Shown here one piece after another: positions 37,850 to 52,275 of a stretch of DNA of 61,006 nt (its first letter is position 1; every line of letters begins with the position of its first letter). Origin of the DNA: Octopus bimaculoides (lineage: Eukaryota); contig NC_069004.1 of assembly GCF_001194135.2 (NCBI RefSeq), positions 12,387,376 to 12,448,381 on the forward strand, given 5' to 3'. A model generated the notes under the pieces. It ran no database searches and was not told the origin of the DNA. It worked only from the letters and a program-made list of their open reading frames with translations. A program made the translations under genes and the position numbers.

Positions 37850-39682
37850 GTAAACCATATTTCTTTATATCATGAACTGACAATGTTTTGTTGTTGTTGT
37901 TGTACAGTACTCAGGTTGGCTGTGGTCAAGCAGAGCTTGGGTCTTTTATATTTATTGTCATAATGACAGACAAGATACATCAATCTCTATTTTCTTCTCT
38001 TATTAATAAAGGGAGAGAAGAGATTAACCCCTACCCCCACTGATATTTATGGGGTCTGTTAGTATCTGACAGTTAAAGAACTACTAGTCTAAAGAACTAC
38101 TGGTTAAAGAACTGTTGGTCTAAAACAAACATTCTGAACCATTATTTGGTTATGGTTCCCCCTATACATCACACTCTCTTCTCTGAGGATCAAGCTGGGG
38201 TGATGGCTTGTGTTGGTCGACTACATGCTTCATGGTCAGAGCAGATGTAGAAATGTTGTCATAGAAACAGGAACTAAGTGAGACATTTCTTGGAGGTTTG
38301 CCCAGGACAACCCGAGCAGACACCAACAAACGGCAGATGCAGCGACATGCTGCAATGTTGCATTCCCCCCACTCCACCTGACTGACCTGACCTGGTCCCT
38401 TAAAAACTCTTCTCATGTTTTTCAGGACCCTTTGTAAAACAAAGTTGTAAATTTTTTCCATTGATCTCCCCGACACAAATGGATAAACAGTTTGAGGCTC
38501 CCTTCATGTGGGCCAAGTTACTCCAGGGGTCAGCCATATGGGTACCATTGTGAATAACTGGTTCAGAAGACCATTCCTCAATAGCTACAATGTTTAGCAG
38601 CACTGACAGCAGTAACTGTCTGCTATTTTTGTAGAAGATTCTGTGGCTGTGCGGTAAGAAACTTACTTCCCAACCACATGGTTCTGAGTTCAGTCCCACT
38701 ACATGGTACCTTGAACAAGTATTTTCTACTATAGCTTCAGGCCAACTAAAGCCTTGTGAGTGGATTTGATAAACGGAAACTGAAAGAAACTTGTTGTATG
38801 TGTGCATACGAGTGTGTGTGTGTGTCTGTCAGTGTGTTTTTTGTGCCCATAACCTAACAGTTCAGCAAATGGAACCAATAGTATAAGTACTAGGGCTTTA
38901 AAAAAAAAAAAAGTACTGAAGTCAATTCATTTAATTAAAGTAAATTAAAAAACTTCAAGGCAATGCCCCAGCATGGCCACATTCTAATGACTGAAACAAG
39001 TAAAAGATAGAAAGAAAAAAGCTATTAAATCCTGCAAAATAAATAAGCAATTGATTTTCTATATTTTATAAAAATCCATAAGAAACAATATTGGGATTTG
39101 TTTATTTGTTTTCCCTTTGTTTGTGTGTTTTGGGTGAGAGGGTGGGTGATTGAAGGGTATATTATTGTAATTTATTTCACTCTAATTCCAATATTTCTTG
39201 CTTCGATAATTAATTTCAACCAAGGAAAATAAATCTTTTAATTAAAGCAAAACAAACGTCAAAATGGTTTGTTAATTTCCATCAAGATTGGATTGGTTCT
39301 TTATATTATTTCCGTATTTCTTTGTTTGTGCGTGATTTCTTTTTTTTTTTTTTTTAATCTTTTTCAAACATGCAATGAAATTTGGAAAATATTTCTAGAT
39401 TATTCTTGAAAATTTTGTCATATTTTCCAATTTGCTATTAACAAGAATAGTTTATCTGTCATTTCGGGAATCAATCAAAAGTTAGTCTCATAGATATTTT
39501 AGTCTATTGTCTTCAACTTATTGTTAATCCTGTTTAACACTGAGATAATCCTGTTTAACACTGGAGATAATTCTGGAGAACATGAGATAACGAGCGTTAA
39601 ATAACAAGGAACAACATGAACTAATATGGGAAACTCTACATGGTCATTTGATCTACTAGAAATTGCAGCTAATTGAATTATA

Positions 39683-40137
39683 TCATACTCCGCTTGCGAA
39701 GACCTGTTGAGGCAAGTGAAATCGAAATCGAACTAAATTCGACAACTGGCAACCATGCCAACGTTGTCTCCTTCATTGGACACGAAACTCGGCTTGCAAA
39801 GACCTGTTGGGGCAAGCGAAAGCGAAATCGTGATGGCATCTGTGCCCAGCTCCGCCTTCTTGGCACTTGTGCCGGTGGCACGTGTAAAGACATTCGAGCG
39901 AGATTGTTGCCAGTGCCGCTGGACTGGCTCCTGTGCAGCTGGCACATAAAATACACCATTTTGAGCATGGCCGTTGCCAGTACCACCTGACTGGCCTTCA
40001 TACCGGTGGCACGTAAAAGCACCCACTACACTCTCGGAGTGGTTGGCGTTAGGAAGGGCATCTAGCTGTAGAAACTCTGCCAAACCAGATTGGAGCCTGG
40101 TGTAGCCATCTGGTTCACCAGCCCTCAGTCAAATCGT
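39683..40137 (+). mobile_element. RTE-family 3' UTR fragment, CpG-rich
   Basis: 39950-40137 aligns with 34980-35152 (taaaagcacccactacactctc..gtggttggcgttaggaagggcatc..gctgtagaaactctgccaaa). Contains an internal duplication of cttgc(g/a)aagacctgttg(a/g)ggcaag. Confidence 0.7.
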
Positions 40138-40199
40138 CAGGTCTTGCTTGCTTGCTTCTTGCTTGTTTTATGCCCTTGCTTGTCTCATGCCCTTGCGTC

Positions 40200-40410
40200 A
40201 TGGGGCTGTAGTCATCCCAGGTTAGTGGGCCCAGAGACATCATCATGCGTAGAGCTGACCAGGTCTACCAGTGTTCTCCATCACTTGTGGTTCCATTCCA
40301 GCCCCTCTGCATCCTCCAAGGTGACGTTGAGCCTCTAGAGACCTTTCCTAATCATGTGCAACCATCTGGTGCGGGGCCTGCCATGAGGATTGCCTCATCT
40401 TGTCAGATTA
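40200..40410 (-). mobile_element. ORF-end fragment of a second RTE-like LINE
   Basis: Reads HGRPRTRWLHMIRKGL*RLNVTLEDAEGLEWNHK*WRTLV, matching the GRP..RW.D...DL...A..R..WR terminal motif. Confidence 0.55.
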
Positions 40411-43400
40411 TAGCTTTCTCACATTAGATAACGAAACATCTGTACAACATTGGATTCAAGTGACAAAAGCTTGTACAACACTTTTGCCACCCTCTCGGTC
40501 GCCATGGTAGGTTCCACTGACAAGCATTGCAAGGTGGCTGGTACTATTTTGACTGCATGTTTTACGTCAGAGTAACTTTCTCCTAGAAGGGCTGGTTTCC
40601 CCCACAACTTTATCGAAAATGATTGGAGCTTCCTCTATTTCTAGGAAATCTATTTATCCCATAGAAAGGACCTTGACAGGTACTACCGTTCCAGGTCAGA
40701 ACAAACCTGGGAGTAATGGTAATTAAGGGGTGACCCCATGGTCCCCACATCGCCAGAACTCCTGAACTGAAGCTTCGCCACTGGGTACAGTTTCATGTCT
40801 TATCCAGGACACACACACATACTCACCGTCTCTAAACCGCTCAATCTTATTTATTTGGTGGAGGCAGGGATTATAAAACCTAATTGTTTGTAATTACTAA
40901 AATTAAAACAGAGCCAGAAATTCTGCCCAAAATATCTAATGTTGCAGAATTTAATAAGCGAGAAAGTTTTACGCTCTTCTCATATATTTTTGTAATAAAC
41001 TGACCAAACTCCAGAAAGTGATTAATAAAAGAAGTTAATGAACTTTTTTTTTTTTTTACTCATTATCTAAATGAAAAGGAAGTGAAGATGAGATCAGTTA
41101 CTATTTTTACAGGAGAGATGTAAATAGAGAAGATATAAATCTAATTCCACTCCAATCTCTTGTATTACACGTTTGGTTCTATCATGTGTTGGGTTAAAGT
41201 TATTCCTTACAAGTTCAGTTAAGTACAAGATGTGAGAGAATGTTCCGGTTAACTCGCTCAAACAGAGTGTAAAATGGAGTAGAGTTAACATGGCTTCATA
41301 GACATCGGAAGTGGTGATGTTCAATAGGTAATGGATACCTGCATAACTGGTTTAGTTTCCACTCTGAACAACATTTCATTACTTGGTGGCACCATGCCAG
41401 ATATATTACAGTGATTAATGTGTGACATCAGTACTGGCAGATGGTGTCTGTGTCTGTGCTTTTTGTATATGTGTGTTTCTATGTCATTCTAGGCGACAAT
41501 ATTTTAAAGTCTGTTTCAGGCGTGACTGTGTGGGAAGAAGCTTGCTTCCCAACCACATGGTTCAGGGTTCAGTCCCACTGCATGGCACCTTGGGGGCAAG
41601 TGTCATCTATTATAGCCTCAGGCTGACAAAAGCTATGTGAGTGGATTTGGTTGATGGAGACTGAAAGGAAACCCGTAGTATGTGTGTGTGTCTGTTTGTC
41701 CACTCACACTGCTTGATTATGTCTCTGTAATTTGGCGTCCAGCAAAAGAGACCGAATAAATACCAGGCTTTAAAAATCTAAGTACTAGGGTCAATATAGT
41801 CAACTAAAAATTGTTCAAAATGATGCCCCAGCACGGGCTCAGTCTAATGACTGAAACAAGTACTAGATAAAAGATAAAGATAATTATTTAGTCCATCCTT
41901 CTTTAGTCCAGCCTCTTCTTTTACAGATAAGAAAGCATTGACATGCTCATTTGATCTCCAAGAAATATGTACTAAATCTCCCTCAAGTCATGTCTTACCA
42001 TTCTCAAATTGAAAGAACACATTAGATAATATAGTGTCTGTCTCTGAAAACCAGATGGAATGGTTTCAGCAGTAGCACTTCTGTTTTATCAGGACTAGCT
42101 TGAGACTAAGCAATAGAATTTCCAACTTTTGTGGTGTATACACTACTGTTAAACAGTCCAAGAACTCCACAAGAAATTGAGAAATATTCAGGAATACTTC
42201 CTTGTAACATTCACAGACATGTCCATTAGCAGCCTTATATGACTGACCAGAATTGAATCTGACATGAAATGGATTACTGATCTCAGCTCCGACATAATCA
42301 ATCTACATCTTATCAATTCAGAAATTTTGATGAACTATAGACATGTATAAGAATATACATATGAGATTCCCCCACACATTTTTGTTGTCTTACACACACA
42401 CACGCACACACACACACACACACACACACTGAAGCATTTCTCTTTCATTTCTCAGGTTTTTCCAATTTCCTTCTTTTTCTTCTTTCCCTTCACTTTTTCC
42501 TCTGCAAACATATACCTTGGATGTCATCTGAAGACTATCAAAAATTTACCAATTTAAATAATGTGCAAAGGAATTTTCCTCATTGCCCAACTCTATAAAT
42601 TTATAAAGACTGGAGTCAATAAAATCATGACTCCAAAATATAACTGGTACCTATTGTATCAATTCCAGAGGGATTAGATCAGAATGTAGATTGATGGATT
42701 TGTTTGAATTTTGTTAGGTATTAAGTAAATTATATCAATATTTCTCATCTCCGTTGTACAAAGAAAACAATTATTACAGTTTACAAGTCAAGATTAATTA
42801 GTACATCTAATTATCCCGTAATTACTGCATTGTAATTGCTTTTGGATATGCTCAACTCTAAATTTAGTGTGTAATTACAGGATTCCTATTGCATATAAAT
42901 GTGAATTGAGTTTAAAGAGGTCATGTGGATCTCCATGCCCACCCATCACTTGGATCAAGTGATGGACTGAATCTTACTGAGAAAACGGTGTTCAATACAA
43001 TGCCCAAAGCTATCTACCAGACCTTTGCATTTTCATTGCCAAGAGTCTGAAGCCATATTCCAAATAGGATCCCATTTGGAATTGATATGCCATAAGGTTT
43101 TGATTCATTCCCATTGAAGTACAAAGTGATTTTTGAAGTATTCGGTTTGGGAACATATATCTCAGCACAAATCATTTTAATTAATTAGCTAGACTTTTTT
43201 TTTCCCCCCCTCACAAAAAGGACAATACTTTAGGTACTGAAATAAAAGAGAAATTGTCATCAAATCTATCTTCACAGACATTGGTCTATCTACTAGAACT
43301 TTATGGTACCGTCTATCTACTTCACAGAAATTAATGATATCACTCAACCATTATGACAGTCTTAAGTGTGTGGTGTGTGTGTGTGTTTGTCTATAGTTCT

Positions 43401-45466
43401 CTGCCACTTTATGTGTGATGAGGTGGTGAAGAGAGGAAGACAGCAACAATTGATGCTTTTAACCAATATTTTAGTTCTTTTGTTGCCAACTAATCCAATT
43501 CTTCTCCGAGAGCAGTGGAAACACTTACTCTGTTTACTAATCAGAATTAATCTGAAATATAGTCATCCATTTACAATGAGACTCAATGACAAACAATGGA
43601 TGGCACTTTTTCAATTATTATTTTATCGTTGATAAATAACAAAACTGTCTGCCAATGTTAGAAGACTGTAATTTACCATTCTTACGTAAAACTAATTGTA
43701 ATCATTAATAAATGGTTAATTACCACAATATAGAGTTTATTAAACAAGAAGTGCAACTAAAGTATGATTATGATACCCGTGGCTGGATTATTTCAATAAA
43801 AGACTTTGGTAATGGTCCAAACAATGAATGGTAGGAGAGGAATTTACAGTGTTTAAGCATCGCACTTCTTTCCTCTCGGGAAATGGGAAATTTTCTAAAT
43901 GAATATTTATCTGCTGATAATAATGAACCCATTTTTAATTATCTTAAAAACCACCACAACCACTGTCACCACCATCATCATCATTAATATTCTTGTTTTA
44001 ACATTTGTTTTGCAATGCAGACATGGGTTTGATATGTCTGTAATCCTGTACATCACCATTCATCTTAATCTTGTGTCATCTCATCTGTGAAGCCAAATAT
44101 CTTAACATTTTTTCCCCCCATGTCTTAAGAGTTCAAGCAAAAAAGCTTTTAGTCAGACTCTAAAGCTGACATGATAAATGAATAAAAAAAAAAAATCTTC
44201 CCATGAGGGGATTTTGTTTCTAAGTTTCCATTTTCTTTTTTTATTTTTAACTAAAATATTGACAAAGAAAAACTGATTTAGGATTGTCTATGAACTTCAG
44301 AAGCCTTAGTAAGAAGTTCTGTACAGATGCCAACTTTGGCAAGTAAACAAGAACAAGGAAAAGCGGAATCCTTTTTGGCATCGGTTAAAAGACAAAGATT
44401 ATGGTAATGATGAAACAGCAACAATAGTAGCAAACCCAGGAATCAATTCCAGAACACATTATTTGACAAGTAGTTAGCATTAATGTTTTTCAGAACACTA
44501 GTGCCAACCATGTGTTTATGCTTACCAATTAATTAGATTAGTGCCTGTCTAAATAAAGCTCTGTTTTTTGGTGTTGTCTTTTTTTCTACTAGTATACTTG
44601 TAGTAAATTTTATTTTCTCTTCTGATCATTGCGAGTTTGTTCCTTCTACTGTAAACTTAGTCCAGATTATTCTCGTTGTATAACATTACAGTTAACAATA
44701 CTACTTTCTGCATGGGTTGCTTTTTTTTTTTTGTTTTTGCTTTTGTTTGTTTTTTTGTTTCGTTTTTGTCTGGGGTTTTTTTTTTTTTAATATTTTGTTT
44801 CAATCCAATCCTTTAAGGTATCACATTCAGATGATGTATGCTGCTGCTGCTTCTACCACTTCTTCCAATTCTTCTACCACTTCTTCTTCTCTCCTCCCTC
44901 CTCTTCTCCACCTTCCTCCTCCTTTATTATTATTTAAATGTCTGTCCGTTTGTCTTGAACAAATCTTCTGTTAAATAGGCCATGTTGAAAATACACTTAC
45001 CTGTTGTCTTTCTGCCAATTACATCCTTAAAGAGACCAGCAAATAATCTCATCACATCTATTTCCAGCAGTAAATATTCTTTATTCTTGTATTTAGGGTG
45101 GTGAGCTGCTCACAAAATCATTAGAACACCAAGAAAAATGCTTTAAAACATTTCTTCCAGTTCTTTAAATCCTGAGTTCAAATCCCGTTGAGGTCGGCTT
45201 TACTTTTCACAACTCAGAGGTCAATAAAATAAAGTACCATTGAAGTACTGAAGTCAATGTAATCAACAAGCACCCCTCCCCTCAAAACTGCTGGTCTTGC
45301 AATCTAAGTCAAATGAAGTTTATTTTATCAATTATTCTAGAGGTGAATACCTTTGTCTAACGCCGATTTCTCAAATATCAGTTTCAAATTCTGGCACAAG
45401 GCCAGCAATTTTGGGGGCAGGGTAAGTCCATTGCATCGACCCAATGCTCAACTGGTACTTATTTTA

Positions 45467-45866
45467 TAAGTAGCTTGCTTACCAACCACATGGTTCCGGG
45501 TTCATTCCCACTGCGTGGCACCTTGGGCAAGTGTCTTCTACTATAGCCTCAGGCCAACCAAAGCCTTGTGAGTGGATTTGGTAGACAGAAACTGAAAGAA
45601 GCCTGTCGTATATATGTATGTATATCATCATCATCATCATCGTTTAACGTCCGCTTTCCATGCTAGCATGGGTTGGACCATGTATGTATGTATGTGTGTG
45701 TATGTTTGTGTGTCTGTGTTTGTCCCCCCAACATCGCTTGACAACCGATGGCGTCCGATAGAATAGGTACTAGGTTTACAAAGAATAAGTCCTGGGGCTG
45801 ATTTGTTCGACTAAAGGCGGTGCTCCAGCATGGTCGCAGTCAAATGACTGAAACAAGTAAAAGAGT
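45467..45866 (+). mobile_element. Family A SINE with an internal RTE-tip insertion and an internal deletion
   Basis: Aligns with the 35483 copy but lacks the ctggtgtgtttac...ggcaaaagaga segment. Confidence 0.85.
45624..45678 (-). mobile_element. 55-bp RTE 3' tip inserted inside a SINE microsatellite
   Basis: Reverse complement is identical to the young RTE end near 35150-35205. Flanked by atgtatgtat at 45614-45623 and 45680-45689. Confidence 0.75.
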
Positions 45867-45877
45867 ATAGAAATAAG

Positions 45878-46583
45878 GCCTGAAATTTTAGGGGAGGAGA
45901 CTAGATGAGTACATTGACCCCAATGTTTCACTGATGGTTAATTAATCGACCCTGAAAGGATGAAAGGCAAAACTGACATCTGCAGAATTTGAACTCAGAG
46001 CATAAAGACAGATGAAATGCTTAGCGGCATTTTGTCTGTCTAATAATAATAATAATAATAATAATCTCCTTTATATTATAATCTCTTTTATATGATAATC
46101 TCTTTTCTCTAATGCTACAATATTCTGGTCAATGTCTTCTGGATTTTGTGTTCCATTGTCTTCTCCTTGTTCTTTGTTTCTATTCTCTAAAAATATTGTT
46201 CAACAAGTTTACTGAAAACGGAACACAAAGAAATATTCTGTTCACTAGCTCGCCCCCCCCCCACTCCTCCCCTCCACCGACACTGCACAGGTGTTTTTTT
46301 ATCTTTAATATCCACTTCAAATGCTGCTTCCATATTATTATTATTATTATTATTATTATAAGGCGGTGAGCTGGCATAATCGTTAGCACCTGAGGTGAAA
46401 TGTTAAGCGGTACTTCGCCCATTGCTACGTCCTGAGTTCAAATTCTGCTGAGATTGACTTTGCCTTTCATCCTTTTGGGGTCAATAACCACTGGTGAAAC
46501 ACCGGTGTCAATATGACTAGTCTCCTCCCCCAAAATTTCAGGCCTTGTGCATTTAGTAGAAAGGATTATTATTATTATTATTA

Positions 46584-46625
<42 letters not shown>

Positions 46626-46977
46626 TTGATAAGGCAACAAGCTGGTTGAATTGTTAGCACATCAGACAAAGTGCTCAACAAAATACTGCTAAGCATTTCA
46701 TCTGGCATGCTAGCAATTCTGCCAGCTCACCACCTTAATAATAATAGTAATAGTGGTTTCAAATTTTGTCGCAAGGGCAGCCATTTTAGGAGAGGGGACT
46801 AGTCGATTACATCGACCCCAGTGTTCAACTGGTACTTAATTTATCAACCCTGAAAGCATGAAAGGCAAAGTCTACTTCAGTGGAATTTGAACTCAGAATA
46901 TAGCAATGCACAAAATACTGCTAAGCATTTCGTCCGGCATGCTAATGATTCTGCCAGCTCACCGCCTCAAATGATGA

Positions 46978-47020
<43 letters not shown>

Positions 47021-47242
47021 TTCAAATTTCAAATTTCAAATTTTGACACATGAGCAGCCATTTTAGGGGAGCGGTCTAGTCAATTATATCGACCCCAGTG
47101 TTCAACTGGTACTTAATTTATCGACCCCAAAAGACAAAGGCAAAGTCAACCTTGGCAAAATTTGAACTCAGAACGTAGCGACGGGTGAAATACCGCTAAA
47201 CATTTTGTCCAGCACGCTAATGATTGTCAGCTCGACGCCTTA
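45878..47242. mobile_element. Cluster of five to six family B SINEs in mixed orientation
   Basis: Copies at about 45878-46035(-), 46361-46565(+), 46631-46736 (head-to-head fusion), 46755-46967(-) and 47030-47242(-). Confidence 0.85.
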
Positions 47243-47269
47243 ATAATAATGATTGTTATTTTTATTGCT

Positions 47270-47305
47270 TTTAAGAAATCGTTATTATTATTATCATTAT
47301 TATTA

Positions 47306-47336
<31 letters not shown>

Positions 47337-47500
47337 CATTATTATTATTATTATTATCATTATTATTATTATTATTATTATCATTATTATTATTATCATT
47401 ATTATTATTATTATTATTATCATTATTATTATTATTATTATTATCATTATTATTATTATTATTATTATTATCATTATTATTCTTATTATTATTATTATTA

Positions 47501-47533
<33 letters not shown>
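47270..47533. repeat. (ATT)n with periodic ATC interruptions, about 260 bp
   Basis: Seen directly. Confidence 0.97.
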
Positions 47534-47535
<2 letters not shown>

Positions 47536-49047
47536 TCAGTGTTATTGAATTAAAACTAACATATGCAAACATAGGAAAGAAATTAATAGAATAGAAATAT
47601 TTTATCAAGAAAACACATGCATTTATGTAGACACACACACACACACAAATATACATATACATACACATGCACAAAATAATAGAATTATTGTTTTTGTTTT
47701 TTTTTTTACTCTTGTTCATGAAGCAACAGTAAATGGACAAATTAGAAAGTTGTGTGTGTGTGTGTGTGTACTGTATGTTTATATGTATGCGTGTGTTTTA
47801 TGTTTGTAGAGAGTGTAAGAGACAGGAGAGGGGAGGTGGGACTATGTTCTCTCTCTTGTCTCTACAATGTTTTCTCCCCCCCCTCCCTCTTTGTTTTCCT
47901 ATGTTACCAGGAAGGAGATTATGATTTTTTTTTTGTTTTTTTTTGTTATTATTACAGCTGTTATATTGCTGTTGTCAGTGTAGTAGTGGTGGTCATGGTT
48001 AGACCAGAAATTATTACTCTATCATCAACAGACTTCAGGATTTAACCAGGCACAAACTATAGGTACCTTACCCCACTGCTAAAAGGGAGCTGCTCAGTAC
48101 AGAACCCTCGTTTTTTTNNNNNNNNNNNNNNNNNNNNNNNNNNNNNNNNNNNNNNNNNNNNNNNNNNNNNNNNNNNNNNNNNNNNNNNNNNNNNNNNNNN
48201 NNNNNNNNNNNNNNNNNNNNNNNNNNNNNNNNNNNNNNNNNNNNNNNNNNNNNNNNNNNNNNNNNNNNNNNNNNNNNNNNNNNNNNNNNNNNNNNNNNNN
48301 NNNNNNNNNNNNNNNNNNNNNNNNNNNNNNNNNNNNNNNNNNNNNNNNNNNNNNNNNNNNNNNNNNNNNNNNNNNNNNNNNNNNNNNNNNNNNNNNNNNN
48401 NNNNNNNNNNNNNNNNNNNNNNNNNNNNNNNNNNNNNNNNNNNNNNNNNNNNNNNNNNNNNNNNNNNNNNNNNNNNNNNNNNNNNNNNNNNNNNNNNNNN
48501 NNNNNNNNNNNNNNNNNNNNNNNNNNNNNNNNNNNNNNNNNNNNNNNNNNNNNNNNNNNNNNNNNNNNNNNNNNNNNNNNNNNNNNNNNNNNNNNNNNNN
48601 NNNNNNNNNNNNNNNNNNNNNNNNNNNNNNNNNNNNNNNNNNNNNNNNNNNNNNNNNNNNNNNNNNNNNNNNNNNNNNNNNNNNNNNNNNNNNNNNNNNN
48701 NNNNNNNNNNNNNNNNNNNNNNNNNNNNNNNNNNNNNNNNNNNNNNNNNNNNNNNNNNNNNNNNNNNNNNNNNNNNNNNNNNNNNNNNNNNNNNNNNNNN
48801 NNNNNNNNNNNNNACAAATATTTTCCTTCTCTCAATTACATGTACACATACATTTCACAAATATACGCGGAGATGTATGTCTAATTATGAGGCGGCTGTG
48901 TGAGAGAGTGTGGGTTTGTGTTGGGCTGTTTACATACAAGCAGGGTGCAATATTCGCAGTGTGAACATGATCTGCTTAAGAAAATAGGCCCCCTATATCA
49001 ATATTAAGTGATAAATATAGAAGCACTGGGGTTTCTACAGGGTCCAG

Positions 49048-49108
49048 CATCACCACCACCACCACCAACAATAGCAACAGCATCATCAGTGTCATTATCA
49101 TTGTCATC

Positions 49109-49139
<31 letters not shown>

Positions 49140-49425
49140 TCTCCATCACCACCATCATTACCACCACCGTCGTCGTCATCTCCATCACCACCATCATTAC
49201 CACCACCGTCGTCGTCATCTCCATCACCACTGTCATCATCATCACAACCATCATCTCCACCACCAGAACCATCATTACCACCACCATCATCATCATCACC
49301 ATCACCACTGTCATCATCATCACAACCATCATCATCACTACTGTCATCATTCTCACCATCATCATCACCAGCAGCACTAACACTACCACCACTGTCATCA
49401 TCATCATCATCATCGTCATCATCAT
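49048..49425. repeat. (CAT/CAC)n with higher-order 39-bp duplication
   Basis: ctccatcaccaccatcattaccaccaccgtcgtcgtcat occurs twice in tandem from about 49141. Confidence 0.9.
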
Positions 49426-49519
49426 AAAGTTAACAACAGTGAACATGTTCATCACTTGAGTTATTCTGGTCTGTCTTGCTATATACATGTTTGTGTGTAT
49501 ATACACATGGGGTGTGTAT

Positions 49520-49625
<106 letters not shown>

Positions 49626-49684
49626 ATGCATACACACATACTACCAGGGAATACATCAAGATCTGCTCTGATTATAATTGTGTA

Positions 49685-49723
<39 letters not shown>

Positions 49724-50516
49724 TTACCTTTTGAGCATATATGTGTTTGTATATGTGTGTCTATGTGTGTGTGTGTATGTATTTGGTTATGTTTGCATGT
49801 TTTGAGTTGTTTCTTCTGTTTTGTTCTAGAACCCTCCGTCACAGGGGAGGAGCCCATCTCTAAGTACGAAAGCAGTTATTATCATTAGAACTTAACAATT
49901 CTTTGAGTTGTTGAGCTGTGATGTTGAAAACGGTGAAGTTTCGAAAAGTCTGGAATATTTTCGTCTGTCTTACTGATTGATGATGCAGGAACTCACATTA
50001 TCCCTTTTTTTTTTCTTCTTCTTCTTTCAGAAGAACCCCTGATATTCAAGATTAATTAATTATTTTAAATGTTTAATAAACATAGCTAATTACGCTAACA
50101 GTTATTACTAGGTACCTTCATATGGTTAGTTGAGTTACTTACTGGAAATAGCAGTTGAATCTCTCCCTCTCAGAGTACATTCTGTCACCTTAGGAGAATG
50201 AAAGGCATATTGAGTAATGTAGTGTGAAGAAAGTTAAGATAAGATGTTCATGGTTGAAACACCGGTTGATCACAGACCCGCTCATGGAGGGCCAGGCTTG
50301 ACTAAACAGCAACAGCAGCATTCTGCATGCCTCTTAAATCTGTCAGGTTTTAATAGCAAATCATATTTCAAATGTAAATATTACTTTACTTATAGTGTAC
50401 CTTTAAGAAATGCCTTAATCAGGATGTACCCTAAAATAGATACCTTATTCAGGATGTACCCTCAGGTAGGAATATGATCCTGTCTTCAGAGAGTCTTGTA
50501 GCTTCTCAGGTGAACT

Positions 50517-50913
50517 CTCTCTTTACTCTTTTACTTGTTTCAGTCATTTGACTACGGCCATGCTGGAGCACCGCCTTTAGTCGAGCAAATCGACCCCAGG
50601 ACTTATTCTTTGGAAGTCTAGTACTTATTCTATCGGTCTTTTTTTGCCGAACCGCTAAGTTACGGGGACATAAGCACACCAGCATCAGTTGTGAAGTGAT
50701 GTTGTGGGGATAAACAGACACACACACACATATATATATACATACATATATACGACGGGCTTCTTTCAGTTTCCGTCTACCAAATCCACTCACAAGGCTT
50801 TGGTCGGCCTGAGGCTATAGCAGAAGACACTTGCCCAAGATGTCACGCAGTGGGACTGAACCCAGAACCATGTGGTTAGTAAGCAAGCTACTTACCACAC
50901 AGCCACTCCTGCG
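50517..50913 (-). mobile_element. Full-length family A SINE
   Basis: Reverse complement of the 35483-35867 copy. Other approximate A copies: 3385-3612, 3646-3785, 5205-5310, 8672-9010, 19045-19170, 24065-24225, 29510-29670, 31130-31460, 32982-33158, 38640-39010, 41520-41880, 55830-55975, 59005-59125. Confidence 0.9.
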
Positions 50914-51960
50914 TTAATTCTTCTTCTTTCCATTGACCTTAAGCAAGATGTTCACCTCTCTCATGTCCAATAGAATTCCATAATATTACATGTTGCATGT
51001 TTTTTTTTTTTTGGTAGCTTTGATTGGAAGGGAGCAGGATCACTAACATGTTTATGTGTCCCTGAGACCAGAAGGAGAAAGGGATAACAGAACCACTAGA
51101 TGTGGTTTGCCTTGGTTGGAAGCAGCAACATTAAAGTCACATGCAGATCAGAGATCTACCTGGCCTGCTTGAATTAAACTTCACTAAAACTACCCTAAAC
51201 TAACCCAACATTTTAAGTCTAACATCCAGGAAGAGTTAGACCCCCATCAAATAAGCTTATGCACTGTTTCCTTCAACCCATTTCCTCCCGCAAAACTTGG
51301 TTTCTGCCTACAATCCTAAATAACAATGTCAGGCACGCTGTCTTTAAAACCTGGGAACATGTTACTGAGGGTTTTCCCCATATGGCAGTGCTCCAGCATT
51401 GCCTACAATCAATAACTGGATGAAATGAAAGAGAGTGACAAAATATTCTTTTATATCAGTGATAAAATATATTCCTATGTTGATATCACGATTCCTTGAC
51501 ATTAATAACCCTGCTAATGTTATTGGAAAACTATAAAACCTGGAATATTCTTCTCTACTTTACCAATTTCCAGTTTTAACCAAGTGATATTTTGATGAAT
51601 TGAACCTTTTTCAAAACCTATTTTCCTTACTTTTCATTTTTTCAGTTGTGCTTGTTTTAATTATCTCCTATGGTACAGGTGTACTCTTTATTCATAATTA
51701 CGTTTCATCATTACTCTTCTGCTACCCAGTGCTGCCAGTCATCTTCTACTCCCTCCCCTCGTTCTCTCTGGCTCTGCTTGATCGGTCCCACCTTCTGTTC
51801 TAAAATGGGAGTAGTCATATAGTCCCTCTATGGAAAGTGGTTACGGTCAAACAAATCTGCAATATTGAGCAGAATATTTGCTGCAGCCCATCTTTTACAT
51901 GAAAAAAAAAATGTACATGATAACATTTCCAATCAGTTAAGATCCTTATTATTATTATTA

Positions 51961-52275
51961 TTTTATGTTTGACTTTTGTTTTGCATTCGTACAAGTTGGA
52001 TCCAAGTCTCACCCAGAGACCTCAAGAGACAACAAGTTAGAAGTTCATGTAGGTGTTATGCCTAGGGTGCCATATATTTCGATTTGTACATAGTGTTGTT
52101 CTAGAGAATGTTTAAGAAACCATAAGAAAATTAAGGGTTTGTTTTAAAATTTGAGATCACATAGACAGTATTTTACGTAGGATATGGGCAGTTCCCATGA
52201 GCACTATCTTTTGAACTTCAGCCATTTTGGGGTTTCCTCGTATCTGAGCTAGGTAGTAATCAGCCCGTTTCGCTG

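Noticed and set aside
38162-38640. GC-richer segment with 104-aa and 135-aa minus ORFs
   Set aside because: No recognisable domain; one ORF starts inside a SINE. Probably a decayed repeat.
42900-42980. CGSPCPPITWIK resembling an Ig I-set motif, plus a 10-bp hairpin
   Set aside because: Immediate stop codon, no splice signals and too short to exceed chance.
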